Of a stretch of DNA of 64,000 nucleotides, positions 25,680 through 39,667 are shown in pieces. Position numbers and translations under genes: made by a program. Every line of letters begins with the position of its first letter. Within the stretch, counting starts at the first letter, position 1. This DNA comes from Octopus bimaculoides (Eukaryota): NCBI RefSeq assembly GCF_001194135.2, contig NC_068988.1:31846774-31910773 (forward strand), written 5' to 3'. The notes below the pieces were generated by a model, which saw only the letters and a program-made list of their open reading frames with translations, searched no databases and was not told where the DNA came from.

Positions 25680-26195
25680 CAGGAGTGAAACAGAACCAGT
25701 GCATGTATTTATTATTGGTACAATGACGCTTCTAAGATGAAACTAAATCTGTTCAACAATGAACATATACATTATCTACATTTGACGGATATTTTCTCCT
25801 CATCTTGTTTGTTGTCAACACAACATTTCGACTGATGTACTCTTTTCAGACTTCTTCAAGTATATTGAGAAAATTTCGAGCGTGGGTTCTTATTTGGAAG
25901 GTGTTTTTCGATCTTCTTCTTCACGAAGAAATGATCAAGCACAGTAACAATATATTAAGCAACAACTACCCCAAAAACATACTATTCACTCCAATGATGA
26001 AGAAAAGAGTGGATGAAACCAATAAACTATCCACAGTCTGTCTACCCTATGTGAAAGGTCTCTCCGAAAAGATACAAAAGATATGCGGCCCTTAGGATAT
26101 CAGGACAGTATTCAAGAGTAATACAACACTTCGCAAATATCTCCTTCGAGTAAAACCACCAATAGAAGAGATTATGACCAGAAACTACATGTATT
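25680..26195 (+). mobile_element. Penelope-like element fragment: RT-to-GIY-YIG linker preceded by an inverted terminal segment with a degenerate hammerhead
   Basis: Plus strand TVCLPYVKGLSEKIQKICGP*DIRTVFKSNTTLRKYLLRVKPPIEEIMTRNYMYFIP, matching PLE PYVxGLSE..I...VF...TL...L..K. Minus strand 25815-25860 reads CTGAAAA GAGT-ACATC-AGTC GAAA TGTT. Confidence 0.75.
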
Positions 26196-29144
26196 TCATC
26201 CCACCCCGCAGGATCTTTAGAGGAATTGAATATTAGCGACGAAAGCAGTATAAATAAGGAATAGCAATTTTTATACCATAATTAGCGTGGATAGGGTCCT
26301 GAGATATTTGCAATCAGAGAACCTCTAATACAAGAATAAGATTCGTATTACATCGCTGATATCAGAACCCCTCATATCAGCACACATGATCTTCATCAGT
26401 ATCAGGCGTACACGCACCACATTCCAGCCATTCGGTGCTAAAACTGCCCTCTTGAAAATATGAAATATTTTCCAAACCTTTCGGATATTCGCTTCATTGT
26501 TAGCTGCTTACTCACTGTGTTTCTATATATGGTTGGCAGAGGGATTTGTCAGGCAAGCGGTGAGAGAGCGCCTGCAATCGATGAAGCTTTTATACACAAA
26601 AATAACGTGAACTAGCAGTTCGCCACACTCCCGTGCCTGCTAAGAACATATCAGCGTATTTTTTGTACTATATAGTTTTTCTATGAGTATCTCTCCAGGT
26701 GAAGGCCGCAGTAAAACAGTATTCTAACAACACATCCACGTTAAGTAGAATACATACAGAGACACACATATATAATCATTATTTAACGTATGTTTGTATG
26801 TATGTATGTATGTATATATGTATGCATGAATGTGTGTATGTATGTACGTATGTATGCATATTTGAACATGTGTACGTAGTTAGCTCATAGTAATCAAATG
26901 TCTGCGCTCTACATTAGATCACTCGCTCCATCAAATTCACTTTGCCTGCAAGGTGCACGGTGTGCCACATGTGACATATGCACCCCCTCAACACACACTC
27001 ACGTGCAAGGAAGCTTTATTCTTATATCAGTTTTAATGTGAACGTTTATTTACACACTAATATCGTTGGTTTGCTAATCGTGAGGATCCATTTCTGCGAT
27101 TTGATACGATACTTCACTAGTTTTGTCACTTAAAGAAAAAAAAAATTATATCTGCAAGTTGTCCATTTGTAGTCACAGGAAACAATATTCTTAACGAACT
27201 TATGTGGGTTATTGGAAATCCAAATGATGCAAACTGGCTTCCGTTGTTTTCATCCGTTTAATGAGAAACAAAATACGAATGAGTAGAGCTGCAATGTGAA
27301 CTACAATTCCGTGCTATGTGACATCATGATGGGTTTATCAGAAACTGAGGAGTTGGTTATGTGTAGCATTTTATCAGCCATATTAGAGCATGGATTTATG
27401 ACCTGTTGCTATCTTGCATTTTCCCTTGCAAAGTGCACCTAATACTGCGTTGTTATACCGCGTATCCCTATTGTAAGACATTTCTTTGTGACTTGAAATA
27501 TATTATGGCTGCTATGTTAAGCAACTGGAGAAGCTGCGAAGAGGTTCCATCTTTGTATGATATTTCTCCACGACCTCACAAGTGCCATTATATTAGCAAA
27601 GAATATGTTCTTGTTTTTTTTGTTGTTTAATCGGGAGAGGATGTATCGATCATAAATCTGATTAAATGACTTAATCGTGAGTGTCCCATTGTTTTAGATG
27701 TAATACACTGTCCTTCCACTATTTTCAAATGAATGATTTAGTTGATATCTCTAGAAGATCTAGTAACCAGAAGGACATTACCTGGTCACTCTTATAACAG
27801 AAATTATAGAGTGAACTCTTCATATCGACAGAGCCTCTTTCTAATTCACCGTACGAGATATTATTCATGTGTATTCACTGGTAATACTATCCAAAAACAG
27901 AAAAAAATATATAATATATTATACCCAGGGCTGGTAATATGAAATTTGATTAATTGTTCTTATCTATTTTCTTAAAATTATTAGAACATTACATTTAATA
28001 AATATTTCTCAATCCGAAATTCATTTAACTGTAATCTACAAGATTTCTTCGAGTACAACGTATCGCAAATTATTTTGGAAGGACATAATTTGAAATCTAC
28101 GTTGAGAGAACAAAACTGTCCAATAGCTTGCAAAATGAATTATTGGAACAGTGATAAAATTTCAGTTCATCATCAAATCTGAATCGGATATTCTGCAAAC
28201 GGGTAATGCAACGTTTATACAACCCCGTACACAACAATATAATAAATATTTGGCGTAAAACAAATATAATTATTAATTGGAATAGGACATCATACATATA
28301 GTTTCATGTCCTATCACACGCAGGATAAAACTACACTGATTTCCCAATGAAAAGGAATGCGTTAATATCGTTGTTAACAAACCAGATATATTGATAGCTG
28401 ACTTCTTCATTATTAGTAAAGTCAAAACTAAGAATCATGATTATCCAGTGTAATCATTTGTAAACTCTTCCGGACGTATTAAACTACTTATAGACTTCAG
28501 ATATAATGTCTCATCAGAATATATCATCATGATATATAATGATTTAACATATCGAAGTAAATACTTCTACATCATTAAGATCTTCAGAAGTGATAATTAT
28601 GTATGTTTCATCAAGTCAAGTTTAACATTTTCCCCTGAAGTCCATCTTTGGGTTCTTATTAAGTTTCCGTGTAAATTAACGGCTTCACGCTTCACATATT
28701 TTAAACCGTACAGTCTCTTTTGATTTTATCTCTTCCTTACAGCTATTATCCCTTGTCTTTGGTTCATCTTCGTAGGAAGTATCTCTCTAGATATTTTAGA
28801 AGTCATTATAGAACATCAAAAACAATCACAAAGACGCAAAATATCAGCAAAAATAAAATGTTTTGATATGTTATTAAAATGTTTGTGCTCAACATATATA
28901 TTTATAAATTGAAAGTACAATACAAATATAAGTTTCACTGCCGCTGTCTCTGTCTGTCTGCCTGCCTGCCTGTCTGTCTGCCTGCCTGCCTGCCTGCCTG
29001 TCTGTCTGCCTGCCTGTCTGTCTGCCTGCCTGCCTGTCTGTCTGTCTGACTGCCTGCCTGCTTGTCTCTGTCTCTGTCTCTGCATATATTACAAATTAAA
29101 AGGGTAGNNNNNNNNNNATATATATATATATATATATATATATA

Positions 29145-29430
29145 CCTGTCATCGCCACAGATGGAGGAAGTAGGTTTCGTAGGGGATTGGGAACACATGT
29201 TCTGCATGAAGAATTTAAGCGTGCTGTTCAAAAGCGCACTGCTAGTGTAGTGAATGGGAAAACCCTGGTTTGCAATGTTTGCAGTCGTGTATGCTTGTCA
29301 AGAGCAGGGCTCATTAGCCACCAACGGAGCCGCAAATGCAAAATATGAGTAAGTCCTAGATCGCACAATGTTCCTAAAGTTGAGCAATAGTCTTCGTCGG
29401 TCACGAGTGGACGGCCATCATCATTATCAT
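29145..29430 (+). mobile_element. RTE-clade LINE 3' end
   Basis: C-terminus KRAVQKRTASVVNGKTLVCNVCSRVCLSRAGLISHQRSRKCKI* (stop at 29346-29348) fits the RTE C2H2-like tail. Short 3'UTR ending GGACGGC(CAT)n. Confidence 0.75.
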
Positions 29431-30419
29431 GTGTGTGCGTGTGTGTGTGTGCGTGTGCGCGTGTGTAAATGTGTGTATTAATATATTAACATATGATCCT
29501 ACATTAATATGCATTAGTATATTGCGTATACTGCTCCCCAGCTCCTTCATTATAAATCAATTATATTATAATGAATCAGGATATGTTATTAAGGCCACGC
29601 CGTTTAACTAGACTGGTTTCAAATACCTAATTCCCACATTTTTTCTTGCTTGGCATTCGTTGTGATTTTTATGTCAGGATATTACACAGACTTCGCATTG
29701 TTTGGATACGAATTATGTATAGTGTTCGCAAAATTCTCGTACCGATACTAAACACTCTATTTACTCTGTAATGTGATAAGTTTGACATGTTTGTCATTGT
29801 AAAATATTTAGCGATCAAAGCACTACGATTTTAGAACCATTACTAGATATTGCAAATGGTGTCTTCCTTTGCCATAAAATAGTGTGATCAATCTGCAGGA
29901 GTACTACTGCGAAATGTGAATGCATTTCTTATGCCATTCGGGATGTAGTAGAATCGAAAGTAGTACTACGATGTAGCACTGCACTTAAATTGATATAGTT
30001 GTCATTAAATTGAAACTTTCTTGGACATACTAATTTTGTAGTGTCATTACACAATTCCACGCTCTATTCAATTCTTAGGATTAATATAATATAAGTTTTT
30101 TCATTCACACTCCTTCATATTTATACGTTAGTTAGACCTTAGAGAAACAATGAAATTTCACTGGAATGTACCAATTTATAAATAGTTCAACAGCTTAAAC
30201 ATGATTGGCATATCTCTGTCATGTTAAGTCATTTGCTCATGTGGAGTGGGTCAGCGTACGACAAATTTAGGGGAAATACTAGAGAATTCTTAGCAAAAGA
30301 CGAACCAAATATCCCGGAGCCAAAAGACTGAAGCACCCTTCTTCGAGATAATGCAATTATAAATATAACAAAAGCATTTCTAAATTTCTCTAATTATCTA
30401 TGTCTGTGAGATCCCTGGC

Positions 30420-30821
30420 TTTAAAAAGAGGATGACAATAGAGAGGAAAGTGTTATCGAATGAATGTTTTAATAAAAAAATGGGTAAATGTGGCAAGAAT
30501 GGTAAGTACGAAAGACGACACCAGTTAAAGCATAAGCATGTAAGAAAAAGAGACAAAGAGAGAAATGGGCTTACTTTCATGTACCTTTTTAAAAAATTGC
30601 CTAAGGTGAACCTGGTCTTTTCCGTAGACTTTTTTCTCCACGGATAAACATAATATGTTGCCCCATTTTACATTGACTGCGATACACGATCCCCATTGAT
30701 CGGCTTTTCCCTTTTGATCGAAATTCTACCCCACTTCCTTTTTCTTTCCCCAAAAGAAAAGCCCATACATTGTATTTTGTCCACTTTCTGTATTTAGCCC
30801 TGCGTGGCCATAATAAAAAGA
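30420..30821 (+). mobile_element. Probable L1/Tx1-type 3' end (ORF2 C-terminus relic plus 3'UTR)
   Basis: MTIERKVLSNECFNKK(W)VNVARMV-like relic. Terminal GCCCTGCGTGGCCATAATAAAAAGA is shared with 52541-52644 and followed by TATCTATCTATTTATC. Clade assignment is by resemblance only. Confidence 0.5.
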
Positions 30822-30849
30822 TATCTATCTATTTATCCACACCCAAACG

Positions 30850-30946
<97 letters not shown>

Positions 30947-31667
30947 GTGTATATATATATGCATTTATATGAACATACATATACACAAATACGAATACAC
31001 ATTCGCTCATATGTATAAGATCACATTTATAGAATTTGCAATAACTTGTGCTTGCAATAATATTTCATACTATTTTTCTTATACTACTGTGTAACAGATT
31101 TAGCTATATCTGTGGCCCAAAGGAATACATATTTCACACATATATCAAGATAATGGACACATCATATTTTTAAATTCTGTCACAATTTTCTCGATGCCAG
31201 AATAAATTGACAAGTGACATTGATGCTAAATATATAACTCGTTTGCCCGAGTTAGAAAATAGAGATGGCAAAGCAATGCATTGTATATACAAGATCTATT
31301 TATTTAAAGAATACAATTATGGAATTCATTAGGTAAAATATAAATGCTTGTTTGAAACCGAAAGAGATATTTGGTTTCAATTTAGGGCAGTATCTTGAAA
31401 GAATATGATGATGTTGCAAACACTGAGCGAACGGCGGTTAACTTGTTATGCAATGTTTTAGAAGGATAATAATTTTCACAATCAATGAAGAAGAGTGCCA
31501 GTCAAAAACTGGAAACGGTTGCGGTGGACTACATCCAAACTAGAAAAATAATTGGGATCGGGCGATTATGCACTAGATAAGAAACAGGAAAAAGAAACAG
31601 GGTGTAGTGAATGAGAGAATAGTAAAGTACCAGATGAAGTGATTTGTAGTATTTTAGCTATCTTCAA

Positions 31668-31870
31668 TAGCTCCGAGGTTGCAGAATCGTTAATATATCG
31701 AACTATTGCATACCACGGCTTCTTTCACTTCTTTACATCCAAAGTTCAAATCCCACCGAGGTCGACTTTACATTCCATCCTTTCGGAGTTGATAGATAAA
31801 ATAAGTACCAACTGATCCCTGGTGTCTATGTAATCATCTGACCCACTTCCCATTAAAATTTGCTAAAAGT
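31668..31870 (+). mobile_element. tRNA-derived SINE, family of 3765-3982
   Basis: GTTGCAGAATCGTTAA...GTTCAAATCCCACCGAGGTCGACTTTAC...AATAAGTACCAACTG. Confidence 0.8.
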
Positions 31871-32954
31871 AAAAAGGACTACTTTTGCTTTGTGTAATTT
31901 TGTTATAGCGTTTGTTTAAATAATCGCTTCCACCTTATTGTACCTTAATATTCGTATTTATCAACATCCTGCGAATGTATATTAAATGTTAGCTGACGTT
32001 TCAGCGTTTTGAAAAACATTCAGCGTAACTATTAGAAAGTTGTAATGAGTTAATATGTCTGCAAATGCGATGTATGAACAACACTCGTGTATCGCTCGGG
32101 GATATAATACGCTACGGTGATGCTCTAATCAGTCGTTATGAAATTATATCCATCCGATAGATTTGTAAGTTTCCCCTTCCAAATGTACTTGTTCTTAGAT
32201 AAACTGCTAGGTATCTTTTTGTTTTCTTTTTAGATCTCTGACACGGCTAGAACGCCATTTTTTTTCGGAATTAGTTGAATGCAAAATCTCTCAAAATTAT
32301 GTTCTTCAACCCCAATTAGCTGACTGCATAACCTCTCAACATGATGTTCTTCAACCTTATTGTTATCTTCTCTTTCAAACCTGAAACATAACATCTCTAG
32401 AACTCACTCGCAGCGCTTATTGTTGTACGTTCTTGTTAGAAATTCAATACTTTGGAATCCCCTTAACCATTCCAATTTGACAAAGTGATATAACATGGCA
32501 CATGATTCGAAACTGAACAGTAATCTTCTATGGCATGCAATCGTTCTAACCACTGCATCTTCTTCATTGATTAATCTAACAAATATAAGTCATATTTCAT
32601 CTGTTTGAATGTCTTCATTTCGATGAGTAATTGAGAAGTGTAAATAAGTAATTTTGATAATTAAGACAATTAGGGACTTTTCAAGTAATCATTCTATTCG
32701 AGGTACGATGCTTTCCAATGTTTACACCGCTGAATACCCGTATATCTTTCTCAGTCGGCTGGAAGCTAGTGAGGGGTTGTACAACAAAAGCGATGCTGCA
32801 ACTGAGGCTCTTGAAGATCACTTTTAAGAAAGGTTTAATTAATGTAGGCTTCGCATGTACCTCTTTTGATTTAGCTGACTAATCTTTTATATGAAGCTTG
32901 CAATGATCTTGGATTGATATGGCAAAGAGACACACGCGCAGATGTGCGTAAGCT

Positions 32955-32992
<38 letters not shown>

Positions 32993-34344
32993 GTGTGTGG
33001 GTATGCGTGTGTGTGTATATATATGTGTGTGTAAAACAGTTAATTATGAACGATATTACTTTATAGAAGTTAAAAGAAAAGGAGAAAATAGTGTGTGCAC
33101 CATTTAAAGACCCTACAATATCGCGTGAGTCGAGAATCAAGAAGTGCGGTAATTCCAGTATAGAATGGGTGTCAGAATTTTCTATCTCAATTTCATATGC
33201 CTCACATCGCTGGTTTAGCAGATAAGAAGGCAACATAGTAGTGCTTTGTGAACTTGAGGGAGTATAAGAGAACCAGTAAACCTGAGAACAAAACAAACGA
33301 ACTAAATAAATAATTTATCATCAATGACTGAGACGGAAACAGGTGAAGTGTTATTGGTTCCTGTCTGGGCTTAGTCTCACGTGATTTCAGGGATTATATA
33401 TTCTACATTTTCGTGTGACAAAATATTCCAGTCCGCAGCTTTTGTGTGTAAAATACATCCTTCCGATTTCCAAGTGACATGAACAGATTACCTGAAACTG
33501 TGTATTGATATAATATTACTTCTTTAGATGCAGACACCACATCGATCGTTTGGAGGTAGGCTGGAATTTGTGGTCAAATGAATAGAAAATTTCAAACATT
33601 CCCTTCCCTGGTGTATAATGAAGCTTCCCAAAACGGATTTTAATAATGCACACAAAGGAGTAACCTAAAATGCATTACATCTAAGTTTTAGACATGTTTA
33701 GACTTATGTTTAATCATGAGAAAATTCAAAGATGGACCTGAGGAATAGCAACGATGAGTATTCAGTAAACCAGTTTTAGTTCCAATAACACGGCTGTAAA
33801 AAAAGATATTTCTTCACCCAAATAAATCTCCTTCTATAGATATACAGCCACATACAATTTAATGGACAGGTATTATGTATAATGTCGAATGGACACGAGT
33901 ATTTATATCATTATTCTTTAGACACTGAATTCTATCCTTCCAAGTTTTGTTTCTGCTGGTGTGCATTACATTCGAAGTAGTAATCTTCAGGGAATTCAGT
34001 TCGAGATGTTAGAACAAAATACAAAATGAAGGCATGTTATGTGATACGTGAAGTCTCAGATATTGTATCCATTTACCCATCGCCAAGCAAGAGTGAGATA
34101 GTAAGCATTTGACGATGTAGCCTGAAACAGATATATTATATGTATCTTTCTGTTCTATATTAAAGGAACGCGTGTGAATATTTTACATTTCTCTGTAGTA
34201 AAACAAATTGTACATACTAAAATAATACCAGTCGAGTTACACTTAATCGTATAATGTAAGTGCATGTTATACATTAAATGATTTTAAAGAACAAAAAGAA
34301 GTAACTAATCCCATTGTTTGAACACACACATACATTCATAGGAA

Positions 34345-34470
34345 AGTATTTGAGTGGTTAAGCATACAGGTTCCAGACCACGAACCCACGGGTTCGATTC
34401 CACGACGTGACACATTTACAAAAGTATTTACCATAGACTAGGTTCCCTTCAAGATGTTTGAGAGAATTTT
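34345..34470 (+). mobile_element. tRNA-SINE 5' part, family of 14862-15187
   Basis: A-box TGAGTGGTTAAG, B-box GGGTTCGATTCC, then ACGACGTGACAC. Confidence 0.65.
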
Positions 34471-35864
34471 TTGTTGCTAGAAATGGTTTAGAATGATTTG
34501 GGATTGGTTACATTTAATAATTCAAACCATCATCCTTATCACGCGGTGCCATGCTGATTGCACGTCGAATTACGTTAAGAGTATTCACGTCTGTAGAATA
34601 TTCAACCACTAAGCAATCTTACTCGTAGTGCACGTCATGAAATTGTTCTTACACTGGCCTTTCATACGTCCAAATGGACGAAAGTATTATCAATACACAC
34701 ATACATATAAACACACGTGCGCGCACACGCATGCACATCTGTATATAATTGGTCAAAAGTTATATAACTACATAACAATTGTAGTAGAGATTGTAATTGA
34801 AAATGAATAGTTCTATTTATCTTGGTAAATATCGATGTTTTCTCTACAAAGAATATATTTATATATTTCGCCAAAAGTGTAAAATTGTTATTTTTGTAAT
34901 GAACTGGCTTGAACTCCTTTTAAAGTGTCTATAAGATATTATATTCTTAAGACAATAAGCAAAGACAAATCTTTCGTTTTGAATAATGACTATCATTTTT
35001 CTATTAATTATATACTAACACGTAAATAACAAAAATCAGCTATTTATTTGAGAAACTTAAGAGCACCTCCACATGGTTGTAAAAGTGTATTATAGATCTT
35101 TAGGAATTCTGCCGCACTTATTCATATGAAAGAAAATCAATCACATGTGAAGCGTTATGAACACGTATGATATCTCCTAATTGATAGCGACATCCTATTG
35201 ATAATTTAATATAATTCCTTTTGAGTTGAGAAGTCTTTCAATCAAGACATCATAGATAATCATAACAGATAATCATAACAATGAAAAACCTATATTTTAT
35301 TGTTTGATGAATTATTATGGTTATGCTTATCGGCAACGTAATATCGGAGGTGATAGTGTACTTCTTTGTCTAAATATATACGCTTATCATTTTGCTACTT
35401 GAATGTTGAAAGCGGGAAAGGTCTTCACATGAACATGTTTGCGCCCTTATAGTGATTCTCATATTGAACATACAGTGTTTGTTCCACCTGGCACACATAT
35501 CTGTAAGCTGTATGTTTTTCTATCGGATTTCACGTATACACACAAACGGAACTGATGAACACACATTCTCTTCGGCTATCTGTTGGCTTCGCTTTTCCCA
35601 CTTATGGGTGTGTGTGCGTGTACTTGTGAAAGTATGTGTGTATATGTATATATATATATATATATNNNNNNNNNNNNNNNNNNNNNNNNNNNNNNNNNNN
35701 NNNNNNNNNNNNNNNNNNNNNNNNNNNNNNNNNNNNNNNNNNNNNNNNNNNNNNNNNNNNNNNNNNNNNNNNNNNNNNNNNNNNNNNNNNNNNNNNNNNN
35801 NNNNNNNNNNNNNNNNNNNNNNNNNNNNNNNNNNNNNNNNNNNNNNNNNNNNNNNNNNNNNNNN

Positions 35865-35913
<49 letters not shown>

Positions 35914-36272
35914 ATGAGCCAAGGTTTGAGGTATAGGAAGAAAGTTATCTAGCGTCAAGCTATCCGTAGTTAGTATAAAAAGCAACTTTCAGCGACAAAA
36001 GTGGTTTATTGAGACGGAAGGTTGTGGACTTTTCGTATCGTAGTCCGATAAACTGTAAAGAGTGCTTTTTTATATTTCATGTTATGCGATTAGGGTTGTC
36101 GGGTATGCAAATAGGACCTTAGGAATGAAGGAGGTAACATCCGGGCTACATATGTTTCGTAGCGAGCGGACCTTCGGTAGTGGTAAACATCGGAGAAAAG
36201 TCTGTATACACACACGTTCACACACACACACACACATACAAAAACACACACACACACACACACACACGTACA

Positions 36273-36305
<33 letters not shown>

Positions 36306-36650
36306 TGATACGAACAGTTGAACAATACTTATGTCTTGTACAGATGTATTTTACATATGATGTATTTTACTGTACAGATGTATTTTACAGATGTATTTTA
36401 CATATTCATACGTCGAACTCGACGTGTGAATATTCAGCATTTTGCCGAACTGATTTGTTTATAGTGATGAAATTGACCTTGCCTGAACAAGTGCATGGTG
36501 TACCACATGTCAGATGTCGAAGTAATCGAAAACCTACGTGAGATGAAGTGTTTTGATCGAGAACGCAACTCACCACTCAGTCTAGGAATTGAAACAACAA
36601 ACTCACTATCGTGAGTACAGCACCCTAACTATTAGGCCATGCGTGTGTCC

Positions 36651-36716
<66 letters not shown>

Positions 36717-37417
36717 ATATATATTTATATAAATAAGGATAAGATCGGTATTTAAAATATTGATCTTATCAAGTGGTCAGCATGGGAATAAAAACCATCG
36801 AAGGTAATAATTATTTAAAATTATAATATAGGGTATCANNNNNNNNNNNNNNNNNNNNNNNNNNNNNNNNNNNNNNNNNNNNNNNNNNNNNNNNNNNNNN
36901 NNNNNNNNNNNNNNNNNNNNNNNNNNNNNNNNNNNNNNNNNNNNNNNNNNNNNNNNNNNNNNNNNNNNNNNNNNNNNNNNNNNNNNNNNNNNNNNNNNNN
37001 NNNNNNNNNNNNNNNNNNNNNNNNNNNNNNNNNNNNNNNNNNNNNNNNNNNNNNNNNNNNNNNNNNNNNNNNNNNNNNNNNNNNNNNNNNNNNNNNNNNN
37101 NNNNNNNNNNNNNNNNNNNNNNNNNNNNNNNNNNNNNNNNNNNNNNNNNNNNNNNNNNNNNNNNNNNNNNNNNNNNNNNNNNNNNNNNNNNNNNNNNNNN
37201 NNNNNNNNNNNNNNNNNNNNNNNNNNNNNNNNNNNNNNNNNNNNNNNNNNNNNNNNNNNNNNNNNNNNNNNNNNNNNNNNNNNNNNNNNNNNNNNNNNNN
37301 NNNNNNNNNNNNNNNNNNNNNNNNNNNNNNNNNNNNNNNNNNNNNNNNNNNNNNNNNNNNNNNNNNNNNNNNNNNNNNNNNNNNNNNNNNNNNNNNNNNN
37401 NNNNNNNNNNNNNNNNN

Positions 37418-37454
<37 letters not shown>

Positions 37455-38002
37455 TATATGTGTGTGTGTGTGTGTGTATATATATAAGGCTCAAATATAC
37501 ACACAAGCGCACACACTTGAACAGATACATAGTATCATATATGCGTTTGTACACGCTCATATGTACCGTATTGCATATATGAACACTATATAACGCATTC
37601 GGTTTCATTAAAAGTCGGAAATATATAACAAACGGTACATACATTATTGTTAAGTTGAGAGATATAGTAGTAGATTCACAACGTCTGTGAATCGTTTTTG
37701 TCGCAATACTTTTAATTTGCTTATAGATTGCCCTTCTATAAGATGTTGCACAAACGCTTAGTCCTGTTTCTTATAGGAAAAATGAACCGTTAGCGAAGGA
37801 ATATGTTTAGGAAATTTCTGTTCTTTTGTCACTTTTCAATTGATATTATGCCTTGTACTTTTCTAACGCTGTATTCGAAAGCAGTGGTTCTTAACCTTTT
37901 ATGTAGTTGTTATGAGTAGCGTTCACCTAAGAAGCGAGTGAGTTATCACAACTAACGATGGAAGATGGTTATAAAATTTACTCAAACAGTTCGTTGTATA
38001 AG

Positions 38003-38033
<31 letters not shown>

Positions 38034-38164
38034 NNNNNNNNNNNNNNNNNNNNNNNNNNNNNNNNNNNNNNNNNNNNNNNNNNNNNNNNNNNNNNNNNNN
38101 NNNNNNNNNNNNNNNNNNNNNNNNNNNNNNNNNNNNNNNNNNNNNNNNNNNNNNNNNNATATAT

Positions 38165-38410
38165 GTTAGTCGAATATATGAACCCAGTACGTGTTTTTTT
38201 AAAAGGCCGGTACTTATTCTATCGGTCTTTTGCTGAACCACTGGCACCAGTTCTCAAGTGGTAGTAGTGGAACAAACAGGCACACAAAGACACGCACACA
38301 TATATTCATCTATAAACCAGACTTCTTTAAGTTTCTACCAAATTCACCTGCAAGGCTTTGGCTGGCTCGAGTCTATAGCAGAAGCCGCTTGTCAAGGTGC
38401 ACTAGGAAAT
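38165..38410 (-). mobile_element. tRNA-SINE fragment, family of 14862-15187
   Basis: CTACCAAATTCACCTGCAAGGCTTTGG...CTATAGCAGAAG...CAAGGTGC and GGTACTTATTCTATCGGTC match the family body. Confidence 0.7.
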
Positions 38411-39109
38411 GAATTGAGCGATTTTTTTTTTATCACTACGATTGTTGCGATACATAAGATAGTGCAAAACGGAATGAAGAATGTAATAAAATTCAGCGTT
38501 TAGAAGTAACAAAGCGTTAAAGTGATGAGGCTCGAACATTTTTGTGCTAATCAACTGTTTCTTTGAAGGATCTAAATTACTTTCTGCTTTTCACTGGAAA
38601 TGAACGTCTCCATGCAACACTCGAATTAACCTCTATTTAACGTTAATTTATGACCATCTAAATGATACTATCTTGAAATAATTAGAAAAAGGTAAATAGG
38701 CATATCCACCTCCATATACATACATATTCTTTCATATACCCACATAAAAGGTAATATATATAGTCTTATATATGTACTTACATATCTATTCATATATGAT
38801 CACGTATACGTTTACTACATTTATCCTTACTGTGTTTTTTTTTTACTGTTTACATCAATATCGATATCTTGAGTTGAAAGTCTAACTCATATATAAAGTG
38901 ATGTATATACATTTATAAATACATAGATACACGTATTTATTCTATTTATATATACACACATAATCCCTTCTTACATACATCTTTCCTATTTAAAAAAGTA
39001 ATAGAAATTAAAAGAAAAACATACATCTGCATATCTATTTATATATATGCACACGTTCCAGTCTTTCCTCTATTTCTAGTTTTACTATATTGTTTGTGTT
39101 GTTATTAGT

Positions 39110-39262
39110 AATGCTGTTGATAAATTCCGCTGAGATGGACTTTGCCTTTTATCCTTCCGGTGTCGATAATAAAAGTGTCAGTTGAATACTGGGCCCGATG
39201 CAATCGACTAGTCGCCTCCCCCAATATTTCAGGCCGTATGCCTTTATTGGTAAGGATTATTA
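39110..39262 (+). mobile_element. tRNA-SINE fragment, family of 3765-3982
   Basis: AAATTCCGCTGAGATGGACTTTGCCTTTTATCCTTCCGGTGTCGATAA...AATCGACTAGTCGCCTCCCCC. Confidence 0.75.
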
Positions 39263-39625
39263 GAGCTGTTGATATACCCTTCATTGTTGCTATTCCCAGT
39301 ACTACCATTATTGAGATTTCTAACATTTCCATTATTTCCATCATTACTTTTGCTACCTATAATATTATTTCTATCAGAATTATGAGGATGGTCTTGATTA
39401 TTGTATTCCTTAGTATTCTAAACCTTATTTCAAGGATTATTTCTATCTTTACCAACCACTGAAGTTGTTAGTGGTCTTCAGGGTTTCTCATTATTAAGAT
39501 TATGGATATGATATTCTAAGTTATTTGATGGTGCTTACGATAATTTCACCATATGTTCATTAAAAATATCGTGGTACTCATTAGAGGTATGAAAAGAAGA
39601 CTCTAGCAATCTTGAATGGTGCATG

Positions 39626-39667
<42 letters not shown>

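Noticed and set aside
26350-26410. Minus strand CTGATA CTGATGA AGATCA..TGATAT ... TATCAG
   Set aside because: Helix I and the 5' core look right, but the GAAA and U-H elements are absent (GAGGGGTTCTGA). Repeated ATCAG words could give the match by chance.
33328-33365. CTGAGA CG GAAA CAGG...CCTG TC motif
   Set aside because: Helix III and GUC are present, but helix II is missing, the core is one base short and there is no helix I.
3900-34410. tRNA-like A/B boxes at several loci (3.9, 5.4, 15.1, 31.7, 34.4 kb) as tRNA genes
   Set aside because: They continue into shared SINE bodies and lack a complete cloverleaf.
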